From: Felis catus
Taxonomy: Eukaryota
DNA length: 64,000 bases
Assembly (NCBI RefSeq): GCF_018350175.1
Contig: NC_058382.1
Span: 55,056,001 to 55,120,000 of the forward strand
Direction of reading: 5' to 3'
Shown: positions 40,401 through 57,020 of the stretch, piece after piece
Layout of the letters: each line of letters starts with the position of its first letter
How positions within the stretch are numbered: position 1 is the first letter of the stretch
Program-made: the position numbers and the translations under genes
The notes under the pieces: model-generated
What the model saw: only the letters and a program-made list of their open reading frames with translations
Told to the model about the DNA's origin: nothing
Database searches by the model: none

Positions 40401-43400
40401 TCCTGAGGGAGAGGTGGGCACATCCACCCTCTCTGACCAGCTCGAATCTGGCTGTTTGTTCTTTTGCAAAAACCCGGGGTTTGGAAGAGGCCCTGGTGGG
40501 CTGGAGGTAAGCAGAAGATGCCTTATCCTCAGGGGCCTTAAGGGAAAATGCAGACAGACGTGGGGTCGTCCCGATGACTGGGCGGCGTCACTAGAACGTA
40601 GAAGGCAGGTGCTGGGGAGGGGACACGGGAACTTCAGACATCGCCCAGGGTGGTCCTGCCTGGGGAGGAGCTGCCCCAGCCAGAGGCCGCAGCTCCACTG
40701 TGCGCGCCAGGCGCGAGGTGCACGGAGGGGACCGGTCGGGGGCTTGCAAGCCCTGTCACACAAGGAATGGCTGAAATGGCTTCCCACAGGCTGAGGGATG
40801 GCAGGGAGGCGGGACGTGACGGTGGGGCCAGGACCGAGTCCGTGAGCGTTGCTGGAGTCTGACACCCCCACCCCGGGGTTGGGGCCCGCGAGAGTCGGGG
40901 TTCGGGTTGGGCGCCGTCCGGGCCAGTGTGCCCGGGCCTTGCGGCTTCTCAGGGCTCAGGCTGGCGCGTCAGCTCCTGTTGTGCGGCCGGGGTCGCGTTC
41001 TCCCCGTGCCACGAAGAAGCTCTGTGAATCGGGAGGAAATGGTGTGCTGGAAGGAAGCGTCTCGTCTGCGGGGCGGCTCAGAGCTCTGCTTCGGGCGGCA
41101 GCTGTCAAGTCGGCCTGCGGCTTCACGGGGCGAGGTCACGTCTCCGCCAGGCCGAAGCGGCTGCCCCAGGTCCTGGGAACCACCCTGTCCCCGTTTCCTG
41201 GGTCCGCCCCTTCACCTGCCCCCCTTGTCCCTGGTGTCGCCCACCCCCAGCACAGCAAGAGAAGGGAACTTCTCAGCCGTCTGGCCTCAGACCATCCGCG
41301 CAGCGCGGCGTGAGGCGGGAGACCTGGGCCTCCTGCGCACCGACTCCAGCTTCTCCCCCTGTGAGCTCCGTGGCCTTCAGCGGCTGTCCGATCTCTTTGG
41401 GAGCAAAGAGCCTCTCTAGAGCCAGCCCGGGCCCCATTAATGCCAGGACCAAGTGTCTGGGGAGTGACACCCGGGGCTCATTGGAGGCCTGCAGGACACT
41501 TATGCTACCTCGTGTCCCTTTCCTCCCTGAGCACGGGGCAGGCCTGGCTGCCTTCTTGGGGGTGGGCAGTCAGGCCGCTTAGAGCCTGGTCGCTGATCCC
41601 CCTTCGATCCTAGGCCAGGCTGGCCCTGCTCTCCGGAAGCCCACGGCAGGTGCTCTGCTGGCCACGGGGGGCCCACAGCCCACCCCTCGGGCCTGGCCAG
41701 CTTCTGGGCACCCAGCCTTTGCCCGACACACCTGCCATGTACCCCCAAACTTGTAGACCTGGGCGTTTGGAGCAGGGCCAGGCGCCGACCGCAGACTTGC
41801 AACTGGCTTGGCCGAGGCGAGGGAGGAAATCTGCTGCCCTCTCCCTCCCCGTGCCCGAGGCCCCCACGCTCAGCCCCGTGTGAGCTGCCACAGTGCAGCC
41901 GGCAGGAGGCCGAGCTGAGGGCCTGGGAACACAGGTGACGCACAGTGCCCCATGGAACGGGCCTGTCGATGCCCCCTTCTGTCCAGGAGCGACCCCGGGC
42001 CGGGCTGTGTTGCCCTGAAGCCCAGCGTGCGCCTCACGCCCGGCACAGCCCCCGCTCCGTGGCCTCTGACACCCACTAATTATGAGCGGTTTAAAGTCTC
42101 CTGGGAGTTTTCTCTGTTTAATGGTATTTCTACGTAGAACATTTTTTTTTTTAAGCGAAAGAATAACCAGGAGTGCCTTTCTCCCTAGAGGGAAGTGGCC
42201 TTCCTGCAGAGATGTAAGCGGGAGACAGGGTGTCGTGTCGTTCGGTTGATGGAGCACGGATGTGGGAGCCCGGCTCCTGGGTTCAAGTCCCAGCTCCTAC
42301 CAGCTGTGTGACGGCCGGCGCTGGCCCTCACTGAGCATTCTCATCTATAGAATGGGGGTGGCGGGTGCATCCAGCTCAGCAGGTGTCTGGGGCACACGTG
42401 GGCCAATCCATGTGCACTTAGAATAGCCTGTGCCCACGACAAGCACCGTTACAGCATTTGCTCCTGTTTTAGAGTTTCTGGAAACCATGAATCCGGTGGG
42501 GGAGGGGGGCGGGGAGAGGTTCAGAGAGAAGACAAGCCAGACATGAAGGTCACTGAGTCCCCCCCAAAGAGCAGCACACAGGTATGGATGGGGTCAGAAG
42601 GGTCTCCACATCCTGATGCACATCTGACGGGCCTCTGGGCTCCCTGTGCCCAGCCACCTGGCACGCAGAGCTCGCACCCAGCCTTGGGCACTGCAGTCCA
42701 AGGACCCCGCTGTGAATCCCGGCTCCACACTTCCTCGCCGTGTGAGCTCAGGTGGGCCTCACTGTCTCACCCGTGAGGTGGGTGTGATAGCTCTGTCACC
42801 CTCGAGTGCCCGTCCCGAGGAGCCAGGGAGCAAGTTTGTGCCCGGTGCGCGGCCTCATAAGTGCTTAACAAAGCCCCACAAAGCGGCACTGCTAGAACTC
42901 ACCTCAGGCCACCAGGCATTTCTGGGGATTCTTTTCTGTGCGCGTGTTGAGTCTTTCCTCAGAGCCCCCCAGGGTGCGAGCTGGGTCCTGAAGGCTGCCG
43001 CTTTATCCCTGGCTTGTTTGCAGGAAGGCAGGGCCAGAAAGGCTCGTGCCCAGGACTCCTGTAAACCGTGTGTGTCGTTGGTGGGGGCCGGTGCCGGCTC
43101 CTGGGGGTGAGAAGACCGTAACTGTCGTTTGGGGTGAAGTGCAGACACACAGCATATAAACAGACACACGGTCTATCGGGAGAACGATTAGGGACAAATG
43201 TCGAGAAAGCTCCTCGGGGTGGTGGGGGGCAGAGGAGCACCGGATGATGATGAGAACTAAATGGAAATGAGTCCCAGGGCCGTAGGACCACGGTTCCGGT
43301 CTGGGTCCCTTCCTCTGCCCGGGCCGGTCCGAGCACCGTCGGCGCCTCCTGGGGGTACCGCCAGGCGTCAGTAGGGGTCCAAGTGTAGCGCCCCCTCCTG

Positions 43401-44628
43401 CCAGGATCCGGGCCAGACTGCACACTCAAGCTTGCAGCTGGGGACACGCACCCCACTTGACAACATTTCCTTCCACCTGGGAGTGAACCCCACACCCTGG
43501 CCGCGTCTCTCTTGTGTGTTCCGGGGCCGCAGCTCAACAGTCCTCCTCTGGGCACCAGACGTCCGCCTGGCCTGGTGCCCGGCCTGGCAGGTGCAGAGAT
43601 AAGACGCAGCCCCTCCCAGGGTGCGGGCACCTGGGCGCCCCAACCGTCTGCAGCTCAGGCGGGGCCGCTCCAGTGGCCTCGGTTCTTGTGTGAGGGGTAA
43701 AGCACTGGGACCTCGGAGGTGCCCGCCCGGCTTAGCACGGTCGGCGAGAACTGGCTACCCCTGTGTTTGCTTTCTGGCAGAGTCCCCCAAACCGGAGAAG
43801 TAGGGGGACCCGGGGCAGGGACAGAGGTCACAGCCCCAGAGGCACCTGAGGTCAAACCCACACCCCCAGTTGGTGACTTGTGCAAACATGAGGCATCTCT
43901 GGGCTTTGTTTTCCTCCTGCAATATGGGTTGTGGTAATTGGAATCTCGCGGGGCGTCTGTGAGCGTTAAACGGGACCCGTGTGAACGCTGTGGCTCCTGG
44001 TAAAGGCTGAGGCACCGCCATGTCCCACACGTTCCTTCCCCTGCCCCTGACCCGGCTGGCTCCCGGGGGGCCGGCTGTGCTGGTACCGTGTGTGGGGCAC
44101 CCCTGCCGACTCCACAGCGGCCTCCAGAAGCTCTTGCTTCCTCTCTGCGGTCACCCTGCCAGCTCCTTATAGGCCACTCCCTGCCTGTAATACAGATTCG
44201 CGGTGGGTGGTGGTCGTGGGGCCGTTTCCGTGGTCTGAGCAGCGAGTGCTCTCTCAGCACATTGCAGCTGTCATGCTCATTCATGCCAAATGTCCCTGTT
44301 CTGGCACAGTCGGCCCCTAGGTGGGGGGGGGGGACCCTCCAGTGCCTGGTCTCACCTGAGGCCTCAGCGAAAGCCTCAGCTGCCGTCTGTCAGAGCTGGC
44401 GAGAGCCAGGCCTGGATCTGATCTCCCATCCACCACAGCTGTGTTAGCGTGCACAGTTAACCTCTCTGAGCCTCAGTTTCCCCTCTGTTGAGTGAGGCTG
44501 ATCTTCACCGTGAAGAAGAAACAGGCGAAGTTCTCGGCGTGAAGGGGTATGTGCACAACGTGCGGGCGAGGTCGCAGCTGCTGGTATCTGTTCCATTACC
44601 GTCATCATCACCGTCATTGGCAGGGACC

Positions 44629-44823
44629 TTTTTTTTTAGTTTATCTATTTTGAGAGAGAGTGTGTGTGAGCAGGGGAGGGGTAGAGAGAGCAGGAGAAAG
44701 AGAATCCCAAGAAGGCTCCACACTGTCAACACAGAGCCCGATGTGGGGCTCACGCTCACGCACAGTGAGGTCATGACCCGAGCTGAAGTCAGACGCTCGA
44801 CCGACTGAGCCACCAGGCGCCCC
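44629..44823 (-). mobile_element. Can-SINE (-), adjacent to a MIR at ~44430-44580
   Basis: Poly-T, (GA)n, ends gactgagccaccaggcgcccc. Confidence 0.9.
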
Positions 44824-45029
44824 TAATAGTGACTGTTCAGGAGAAAAAAGCTGTCATCTGGACAGAGGAGTAGAAGTAGCTGATAAATCAGGAGGGTTGC
44901 CCCAAACTGCAAACGAATAGCGTACCATTTTTATGTTTTATATGAGTAAGTCTACAAATTTGCCAACGGGTTCTGGACAAAGATGAGAACACCTCTGTGT
45001 TCCCCTCATAAGCCCCCCGGGCCAGACCG

Positions 45030-45370
45030 CTTGGGCGGCCACAGCAAAATTACACAGACCAGGTGGTTTTGACAACAGAAACCTGTTTTCTCGCAGTTCT
45101 GGAGGCCAGAACTCTGAGATGATGGCGTGGGCGGGATGGGTTTCATCTGAGGCCTCTCTGCTGGGCCTGCAGTCACCTTCCTTCTTCCCGTGTCCTCACA
45201 CAGTCTTGCCTCCGCGTGCGTATCTGTCCCGGTCTCTTCTCGTGAGGACGCTGGTCGCACTGGGTCAGGGCCCACCCTCACTGCCTCGTTGCACCTTCAC
45301 TGCATCTGTGTTGCCAAACACAGACACGTTCTAAGGTGCCAGGGTTGGGATTTCAACCTGATAACTCAAA
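45030..45370. mobile_element. MLT1 solo LTR
   Basis: acaacagaaacctgttttctcgcagttctggaggccaga...tctgaggcctctct. Confidence 0.75.
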
Positions 45371-45388
45371 AGTCAGAAGGAACAGTGA

Positions 45389-45697
<309 letters not shown>

Positions 45698-46925
45698 TAA
45701 GTCCCACACCGGTCTCTGACCTCAGTGGTCCACCGGTCACCCCGAGAACACCGTGGGCGGCAGTGGGAGATGGAGAGGTTGGTCCTCGGCTGTGAGGCCC
45801 CGGGGAGGCCCCCCACCTCCGGAACACGGGGAGATTACCTCCTGGCAGCGACACGAGGATTCGCTGAGCCAAGCAGGCAAACAAAGCCCTCCCCACCGAG
45901 CCTCCGTGCAGGGCAGTTAGCAACTCCCGTTCTGCTTCAGGTGGGAGTGGGAATACCTGTCTGTGCTCTCTCCGGTGGCCACCGCGAAAATCGGAAGATA
46001 GTGCACGTGGAATCGCTCTCTGTGCCATGCCGCCATATGCTGAAAGCTCTCTTGTTGCGCCCATTATGATTATTAGCTTGTGTTCCACAGTGAGTTGGGC
46101 CAGAAATGGACCCTCCCCGTCTCTCTCTTGCCAGCCCTTATGCCAATATTGAATTTATCACAGGAAAATAGGGAGAAAACGGTCTAGTGGATAATGGCCT
46201 GCGGAGAAGGCTTTGTCTGAATAACCAGGCCCTAAAATGCCTCCAGGTCTCTGTTTTGACAGATGTGGGGAAGCCAGGCCTCAGGAGGCAGCTCAGGGCT
46301 CTCTCAGGAGCCGATTAACGAGCCTGTGTTTATGAAATGCGGCTCTCCGAGGGGGACATTATACCTGGTAATTGCCCCATTTGCTGGCCTGGCCCGTCCC
46401 TGGGGCCCCCAGGACTCCAGACCGGAGAAATCCGACTCCTGAGAGCCACGGCTGTCTCCAAAGAGCAGTGGCGTCACTGGCTGCGCTCGCTGTCCCCATA
46501 GCCCCGGGGACACATGTGACAGTGGGCCCATGATGCAATTCGCTTGGAAAACGGTCCCCAGATGCCCCTCTGATGCACGGCGATAATTAGCACAGCCGCA
46601 CCTTAATGGTGGAACAATTAGTGCACACACCTGGGTCTCCGGTGCCCGCGTGCACGTGCTCACAGACACCTGCTCAGCACCCACAGGTGTGGGACCCGGG
46701 CCGTGGGGGGCTCAGTAATGCTCCCGTCGCCAGGATCCTGGCCTCATCCAAGGAGGCCTTTGCTTCGCAGTTTCCAAGAGGGACAGAATGTCCCTGTCTC
46801 ACTCTCAACCTCCTCCTTCTTCGGATCAGACATAAAGCCGCACCGTCCCCAGAGGAAGATCTTTGGATCACTGAGGGTTTCGAAAGCCCCCCGCTAACTG
46901 CAGTTTCCCTTTGTTTTTGTTACAG

Positions 46926-46952
46926 AGCCCTCGCACACGAGAAGTTCACCAA
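46926..46952 (+). CDS. CMIP: CMIP exon 12 micro-exon (ALAHEKFT), 27 nt, phase 2-2
   Basis: ctaac branch point at 46894, ttgttacag| acceptor, AA|gtgagt donor. Confidence 0.93.
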
Positions 46953-47190
46953 GTGAGTATTTGGCCACCTCCCTCATCACCTCCTTCCGGTGCGAATGTC
47001 CTCTGCCGCGGCCGTGCTCAGCGGCCAGCCCTCTTTTCAGCCCGTTCTCGGTCACGTGCATAGCCAGGCCTGCCCAAGGGATTTCCTGACCCCGCCAGCT
47101 CCCCCGCCCCAGCCCTCCCCTCAGCCCCCATCACCGTCCACACAAGCCAGGACCCTGGCAATGACTCCGCCCCCACCCTGTCTCTTTCAG

Positions 47191-47239
47191 GGAGCTGAAG
47201 TACGTGATTCAGAGGTTTGCCGAAGACCCGCGACAAGAG
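47191..47239 (+). CDS. CMIP: CMIP exon 13 (ELKYVIQRFAEDPRQE), 49 nt, phase 2-0
   Basis: ctttcag| acceptor, GAG|gtgagc donor. Confidence 0.95.
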
Positions 47240-49696
47240 GTGAGCCTCCCACTCTGCCTCTCGAAGGCACCTTGTCAGGGGCTACGGCGTGATGCCTGTG
47301 GGCCACCCTGAGCCTTCTGTGACTCTGTCGGGGCCTCTCTGTCTCCCACAGGCACTCAGAACACTGTACAAAGGCTCCTTGGCCTGGAGCATGAACACAA
47401 CCGCCACTCCCCCCCCCCAACCCCCCCCACCACCGCTGTGATTGGGGGGTGGGGGTGCCTGGCCCATGATGTCAGCCTTTTACTGTAAACTCAGGCTAAC
47501 CAGAGGTGGTTTGCCACCAGCTGGCGGTTTCTTCTTGGAGCACAGGCCTTGTTAGGGGCGGGCTGGCACAGGGGCTCCCAGCCAGCTCCAGGGTAGTGCT
47601 GGTCCCTCTTGAGCCCTGCCATTCTGACATCCGCAGGCCAGCAAAGACATCTGAGCTGGGAAGACATCTGAGCCGGGCTCTGAGCCGGGGTTCATTTCCT
47701 GGGCATGGTGGCTGAGGGCCTCTGAAGGGCCGCTCTGCCCCCCCCCCCCCGCCCCCCGTATCTGGGCTTCAGGGAGAGGTCAGCTTTCCCCCTGAGGCTT
47801 CGTGAGCAAGGACTCGGGTGGCCTGGGTTCCTCCATCCACTGCATCAGGGACATCAGAGACACCTGGCCTTGGTCAGGCGCTCACCCTGTGTCGGACACC
47901 TGCGTTTTCTCCTGGAGTCCTTGCCACAACCACGAGTGGGGTCTGCCGTCAACCCCATTTAACACCAGAATTACCCTCCTTTTGGAGCTGAGTGACATCT
48001 CCTTGGCCTTGGCCACGCAGCTGGTACCTGGCCAAGGCAGGGTTCAAACCCAGGGAGTCTGCCTCCAGAGCCTGTTCGGTAGGTGGGGCCAGGCGGGGCT
48101 GCAGACATGAGGGGGACTCCCACTGGCCCTGCCCCGAGGAGCTCACAGCCCCCTTCTCCAGCTGCATGGATCCTGGGGTGTGACGAGGGGATCTGGCTTC
48201 TAGGTGGGGACAGACCCCCAGCAGAGCGGAGGGTTAAGGATGGGCAGAGGACGAAGGGATTCCTTCTTAACAGAGCCAGAATATATGCTCTTCCGGCCCC
48301 ACGGTGACACATAGTTCTAGAACACCTTGATTCTAAGCCCTGATTCCAAGCCCCTGCATTCCCTGGCCGCAATGGGAAAAGCGGAAATGCTAGCTAGGCA
48401 GGTCTGGGCTGCGCTAAGCCATTCTTCGCTGCATGTGAAGACAGATTCCCAGAATTCCCCTGGAAAGTGAGCCTTTCTTTCAAACACCAACTTTGAAGTT
48501 GAAGAATAAAAGTGGTCCCAGCTGCTTCCCAGAGCGGAGAAGCAGAACCAAGTGCTGGGAGGAGACTTTCCGAGCCCCGCACCATACGCGAGGCCCGGGG
48601 GACTGGTGAGCGAGGGGCCAGGCCGGTCTTGCGGAGGGGTGGGGTGCAGAGGCCCGGCACCGCCCCCCCCCCTCCTCGCCAGGCCCTGCTCCGGGCTCCT
48701 CTGAACCTCTTCCTTTGATTCTGTTTCTCGTCCCCTCTCTCCCCTCCCACCTTCTGCCTCCTAAAGAAGCCGGACTTCTAAATCGTTTGATACATTTGCG
48801 GAATAGAGTTGCATACTCTTGATTCGCTATTTTTTGAAGTAGACAAATTAACATTTGATATTTTTCCGACTCAGAGGGAAAGAAGTCAAACCCCCCCCCC
48901 CCGCCTCTGTTTTCTGTTCACTTGTGTGTGGGTTGTGATCAATTGAATATCTGTAAGTAAGTGGCTTTTGGCAGCAAATTGTCCTTCCTTCACTCCTGAT
49001 TGGCCACTTCTATCAGGTTTCTTCTGAGGACAGAGAGGAGGTAAGAAACAAAGGCCTTGGTTTCCCTCCCTCTCCCTCTCTCTCTCTTTCTCTCTCTTTG
49101 TGCAGCTATAGTAGGGTGGATGTGGATGGAATTTCTCCCAAACACACATACGTGTTTGCACACGCCCACCCACCCACCCACATGCGGAACTCTGGGAAAG
49201 CAGTTGAGACCCAGAGAGAGCGGTGCATGTGCATGAAACCGCCCCACCCTGGACAGAGCGCCTTCAAGAGAGAGGCAAAGACTCAGAAGGTGGCTCAGAG
49301 GACACGCAGCCAGGGCAGCAGGCAGACCCCCCGTGGTGGAGGGGGCAGATGTCCTGAGACAGCTGGACAGAGGAGGGTCAGAGAGCTGAGGGCGGAAAGC
49401 AGGAGTCAGGACTTAGAGGTGCAGAGAGAGAAGAGAGGAAAAAGAGCTGCCCCCTGTGCTGTGCCCGGAAAAAGACGTAGAAAAGGGGACTGAGTTGAAG
49501 CAGTGGTTGTGAGCCTGTCTCCCCCTGATCTGTCCACAGACTTGCTTCTATTCAGAGCAGCTAACCAAGCCAGGCCTGGCCCTTCGTCCCGCGGAGCTGA
49601 TGGGGAACGGCTAGTGTTCCCCAGTTTACAGATGCCACGGTTTTTCCCAACAGGCCTTCTGTGGAATTCAGTAGGAGGTCGGAGTCGCCGGAGTAG

Positions 49697-49951
<255 letters not shown>

Positions 49952-51983
49952 TGATGAGCGCCAGCACTGTCCTGGTCCGGCAGTGGCCAGCCTGGGAATT
50001 TCTGGATGGCATCGGAGCCAAAGAGAAAGATGGTGATGAAGACGGTGACCAGGAGTGTCGCTTTCTGCCTCTCACCCGAGCAGGCACCAAACCGAGGGCA
50101 CGAAAGTCCTGTTCTCGCCCCATCTCACTCGGCTCCGTCGGGAGGTGACACGTAGTGTTACCCCACTTTCCAGGCAGGCAGCAGAAGCCCGCGGCGCTCA
50201 CTGCCCGAGCTCACGCAGCTCACCGTAGTGGCAACGTTCAGATCGAGCTGCTGAGATCAGGTCGAGCTGCTGAGGGCTCAGAGTGCTCAGAGATTCCAGA
50301 AGGCACTGCAGACCCACCAGCTCACCCGACCTTTGCGATGAGAAATCAAGGTCAGGATGACCATCTCCTCCGGGAGACGAGAGGTCTGACGTCACCAGAC
50401 CCACAACTGGGCACCCGCCGCGATTTCCAGTACTTTCTTCGTGCCGGACACTCTGTTGGGCACCTCACGTGCCCTGTTTCTTCTAGGTCTTCAACTTCAT
50501 CCCATAAACACGCCTGTGCTGAGGCAGCTCCGGACAGGTGCCGTGGCTTACCTGAGGTCACACAGGCTTTCAGCCTCCAGGTCCCTCCCTTGATGGGGCC
50601 CACGCTGTCCAGAGCCTGCCCTTCCAGGGGCAGCGTGACCGTCTCCTGACGGGGGGCACAGACTGTCCTCCAGGTGGCCAGTGACCTCAGCTGTCCCTCC
50701 TGCTCGCAACACCAGCTGGGTTCTGTGACCAAGCGTGTTCCCAGCGGCGAGAAAACAGGACTCAGGGGGCCTCTCTGCTGCGCCCTCGCTTCGCCCCCTC
50801 GTCTGTAAAACAGGGAGTGGAGCGCCGGCCTCTCGGATCACCAGGCGATCGCCTGCAGTGACGGAGGCAGGGCGCCCAGCCAGGGCCTAGCGCACGGCCC
50901 GCCCAGAAGTGACAGCTGTGGTTGGTCTTCTCTCTGCTGGGCCGCCGGTCCAACAGGGCCAGCTCGCAAAGCACTCCGCAGTGACGACAGATCCGGCGCT
51001 GCCTCTGGAAGCTTTCTTGAAAGGGACTTATTTTTAGATCGTTTTCCTTACGCACTGGCTCTCCACTCCTCACCCACTGCCTGACAAGTCCCTCTTGAGT
51101 GCCCTGTGCATCCTGGAAGTGCACCCCACCTCCCCACTCACGAGGGCTCCCCTGATGTCACAGCTTCACCATGGCAACAGCCGGCGGTCCCCCACCCTGT
51201 GTGGCGGGGACTCGGTGTGCGGAAGAACCCGGGGGGCTGGCAGCTTCCCCACCTGAGAGATTGCGTCTGTGCCGGAGTTAACGATGGAGCGGAAAAGATA
51301 CACGCGGAAAAGGAGGCAGACAGCCCCTGAGAGAGCAACGCGGCGTTTCCATGGAGACACAGGGGGCAGGAGCGGTCCCCTTAATGAGGCTGCCGTTTCC
51401 AACCGTGGAAGGGCATTTGCCGTGGCACAAAGGGGGAGAGCACACTAGGCATTTGGGGCCCCGGCCCTCGGGACCCACGTCCAGAGACACCGGAAAGAAA
51501 CACCGTCGCCTTAGTGTCTGCCCCGCGTGTAGCCCAGGTGGAGCGGAATTTGCCAGTTCCTGGGTTTCTGGGGCAGGTGATCACTGAGCACCTGTGGAGC
51601 TCATAGGGCGCTTGGGAAGGGGAGGCAGGGCTCCCTACAGGTCTCTGTCCCACGTGTGGTGGCACCGTACCCCCTGAACACTTACTCCCCGTCCCACCCC
51701 TGCCCTGGCAACCACTCCACTTCCCGAATCTGACACCCCAGGCCCCTTCCGTGTGCGGAATCCTACAGGATCTGTCCCTTGTGATCGGCTTACTGAGCAC
51801 CACATCCCCGTGGTTCATCCACAGCGGAGCACCTGTCGGTGGGAAGAGGGGGGTCTGATGGTCTTTTCAGATCTGGTGTCCAGAGAGGGTGTGGGGAATC
51901 CTCCCGGCATGCCACCGGCAGGCATCTCGGGCCACAGCCCCACTGTGGTCACTGCCCTTCACGTGGGCTGTCTCCCGTCATAG

Positions 51984-52412
<429 letters not shown>

Positions 52413-53570
52413 TGACTGGGCTCAGCTGACAGGTTCTCACCCTGGGTGTCTCATGAGGAGACAGGGCCAGCTGGGACTCCAGGCCTCTGTCTATGAAGCA
52501 GCCTGGGCAGAAGTATTCCTGTTCCCCGGGGAACACACGCCTGGCCCAGGTCCCCCCTGCCTCATCCTAAAGTCCCCAGAAGCCTGGGGCCCCCAGAGCC
52601 GCTGTCCACAGACAGGATGGCAGAAGCCATGTTGCTCTTCCCGGTGCAGCCCCAGAGTCAGGCGGCAGCACTTTGCCACGTCCTACCCACGAGAAGTGCT
52701 GGCCGGTAGTCACGGTGACGGGGATTAGAACACCTCTCGGTGGGCAGAGCATCAGAGAACTTGAGCCCCAGAGCGTCCCTGCCAGTGAGATTTGGGGGCC
52801 AAGGGGTCAACAAGAGGCCCCACAGCAGGGTGAGGAAGAACAGAGGAGGTCAGGATGGCTGAGTCAAGGGGTTGGCGATTTTGGTGGATGGGCCCAAAGA
52901 GCCTAAGTGCCCAAAGGCCCCGGTGGGCATCTTGGAGGTTCACTGAGATGCTTGCGCAGGGAACTTGCAGGACGGGGGTGAGCAGGGAGCCAGGAGGCAG
53001 GTGAGCCGTGCTGTGAGGGCCTGGGCTGGGCAGGCCTTGCTTGGCAAGTGAGAAGTCGCCGGAAAGGGCTGCCCGCATGCTAATCCTGGGCGAGAGGGCC
53101 GGAGAACGGAGATCGCGTCGGCTCCCCAAGGCTCTGGGAGGCAGTGTGTTGCAGGTGTCCTCCGGGGCTCCAGTTTCATTCTGAGCCTGTCTTGCGCACC
53201 AACCACGTGCCAGGCACAGGGGGATAACTAGGGATGGAAAGAGGTGCCCTGTCCTTTGGGCTCTCTCCCAACCCTTGAGGTCCTAGCATGCATCATTTCT
53301 TCCCGCATTTGCCGAGAGCCTGCCCCGTGCTCAGCCGGCTGTGCACGAATGTTCCCGTTGTACAGACGGGAAGCTGCGATACGTGATTTGCCCGGGTCAC
53401 CCAGCCAGAAGGACAGCGAGGGGGGAGCGTGGTTGCTCGTTTGCAGGATGAGATCTCGGGGCACGTGGAGCACGCGGAGCTTACCCGAGACCCCTCCCTG
53501 TGGCGCGCGGGGCTACTGGCACGGGCTGAGGTCCAGCCCTCCGTGCCTTCAAGGACCCGCCCTGCTGTAA

Positions 53571-54041
<471 letters not shown>

Positions 54042-54489
54042 TAAGTGCACCAGGGCTGGGCTTCAGAGGGGTGGTGAGCCCACACCTCCCTGGTCTCTGG
54101 GAGTAGCTCTCACCCAGCGGCCAATAGGAGACGGTGTATAAATACTCCAGCTCCCTCTCCGCACAGGTGGGACACCTCTGAGACATGACTTCTCCACCAT
54201 TTCCCAGAGGACCCCCAGCGGTAGCGGTACCGTAACGCTCCCTTCCTGGGGGGCCTTCGCCGCCTCACTCGCCCACTCCCCTGCTGGCGTTTCTGGGGAT
54301 TCCCTCTCTGATAAACCGGCTGTGTTCGCACCTTGTCTCGGGGTCTGCCCCCGAGACCGAGACCACCACGTGGCCTTCTGCCGCCGAGAAATAAAATGGC
54401 GCTGTGCGTGATGTCAACGGGGAGGGGAGTGTGCAGGCTGGCGGCCCAGGGGAAAGAACGGGTCGTCATCAGTCCGGTTTCTGTTGCAG

Positions 54490-54537
54490 CAAAGGAAAGG
54501 CGGGCCCACCAGGCTAACACTGCCCTCCAAGTCCACG
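54490..54537 (+). CDS. CMIP: CMIP exon 17 (QRKGGPTRLTLPSKST), 48 nt, phase 0-0
   Basis: ttgcag| acceptor, ACG|gtgagt donor. Confidence 0.94.
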
Positions 54538-55245
54538 GTGAGTTGGTTTTATTCTCCTGTGGGGCTGGGTAGAGGGAAGAAGGCAGTTAGATTAGACCTC
54601 CCTGATGAGGAACTTTAGCCGGTGGAGCTGACCAAGGACCCTGTGGCACTTGTCAGGCCAGCTTTTCCAGGAGGGAACCAGGTTCCGGGAAACCACACAC
54701 GGTAGATTGTCGCTGGTATTAATGTTAATATGTTACCAGTTAATAATAGTACTAATAGCTAATATACATTGAGCATTTACGTACCGGGTACTGGGCTATT
54801 CATTTTATCACCACCACAACACTGTGAGGTTGGCGCCTCTCTCCAGCCCCACTGACAAGGGGGGCTTCGGGGATCTTAGTTCTTAGTTCCTCGTATCCTG
54901 TGCCTCCTTAGATCTTAGTTCCTCCTATCCTGTGCCGCCGTCCTTGGCATGAGGTTTCCACCTCGTGGTCCAAAAAGGCTGCTCAAGCCCTGGCCATCAG
55001 GTCTCCATTCACGCCAGCAGAAGGAGGAAAAGCAGAGAAGAACATGCCCCTTCCCTTTAAGGGCTTTCCGAAAGTTCTCCTGGACACATCTCCCTGTATA
55101 CCATTGTCCAGACTCGGCACACGGCCACATCTAACTGGGAGATTAGCCTTAATTCGGTGTGGCCGTGTGGCAGCTAGAATCCAAGGATTCGATCACTAAG
55201 ATGAAAGAGAGAGCGGACATTCCCCGCAGCCGCCTGGTGGTCTAG

Positions 55246-55980
<735 letters not shown>

Positions 55981-56636
55981 TAGGCCAGAGGACACTTAGG
56001 ACCTCTTGAAGGCCAGTGGCCCGTTTCACAGTTGGAGCTGCTGAGGCCCAGGGCAGGGGCGGGCCCAGCAAAGCCTTAGAAGCCCTGAGAGGCGGGGCCG
56101 AGACGTGACGCTGGTCTCCCGCACCCGCCTGGGTAGCACACGGGCAGCTCGAGAGTCTTCCTGTTGTGGTAACAACCACAGCACACCGATGCTTGCCGCC
56201 CACGCTTGGTGTCGTTTGCGCTGCGAAGCACCTTGCGTGGATCAGCACACATGGTCTCCACTCCCCACCTGTGACATGGAGGCCCCGCCAGAGCCCTCCT
56301 TTTATAGAAGAGGAACCAGGTGTTCCCGGCAGTCTGCCTTCCGTCCTGCCCCATCCTACTGTCCTGCCCAAGGAAAGGCGGCCTTGGCCCTCACTGGTAG
56401 CCGGAGCCCCTGAGTTCAGAGCCCTCCTTGACAGACAGCAAGACCGACTCCTGGGAAGGGCCCTTGGCTGGCCCGCATCCCACCAGCAGAAGCTGGACTC
56501 GAACCCCGGTCAGGGGAAGCATTTGAGTCTTTGGAGAGAAGCGAGGGCAGCCCAGATCCCCCGGCTTGAAAGGCGGTGGCTCTGTCCGCATCACCTTCCT
56601 CCACCGCTGCCTCCAGCCTCAGAGTCATTTCCCTGA

Positions 56637-57020
<384 letters not shown>

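Noticed and set aside
37651-44284. Several 200+ aa ORFs in intron 10
   Set aside because: Stop-poor GC-rich intron gives overlapping ORFs in many frames with G/P/R/A bias and no protein family resemblance.
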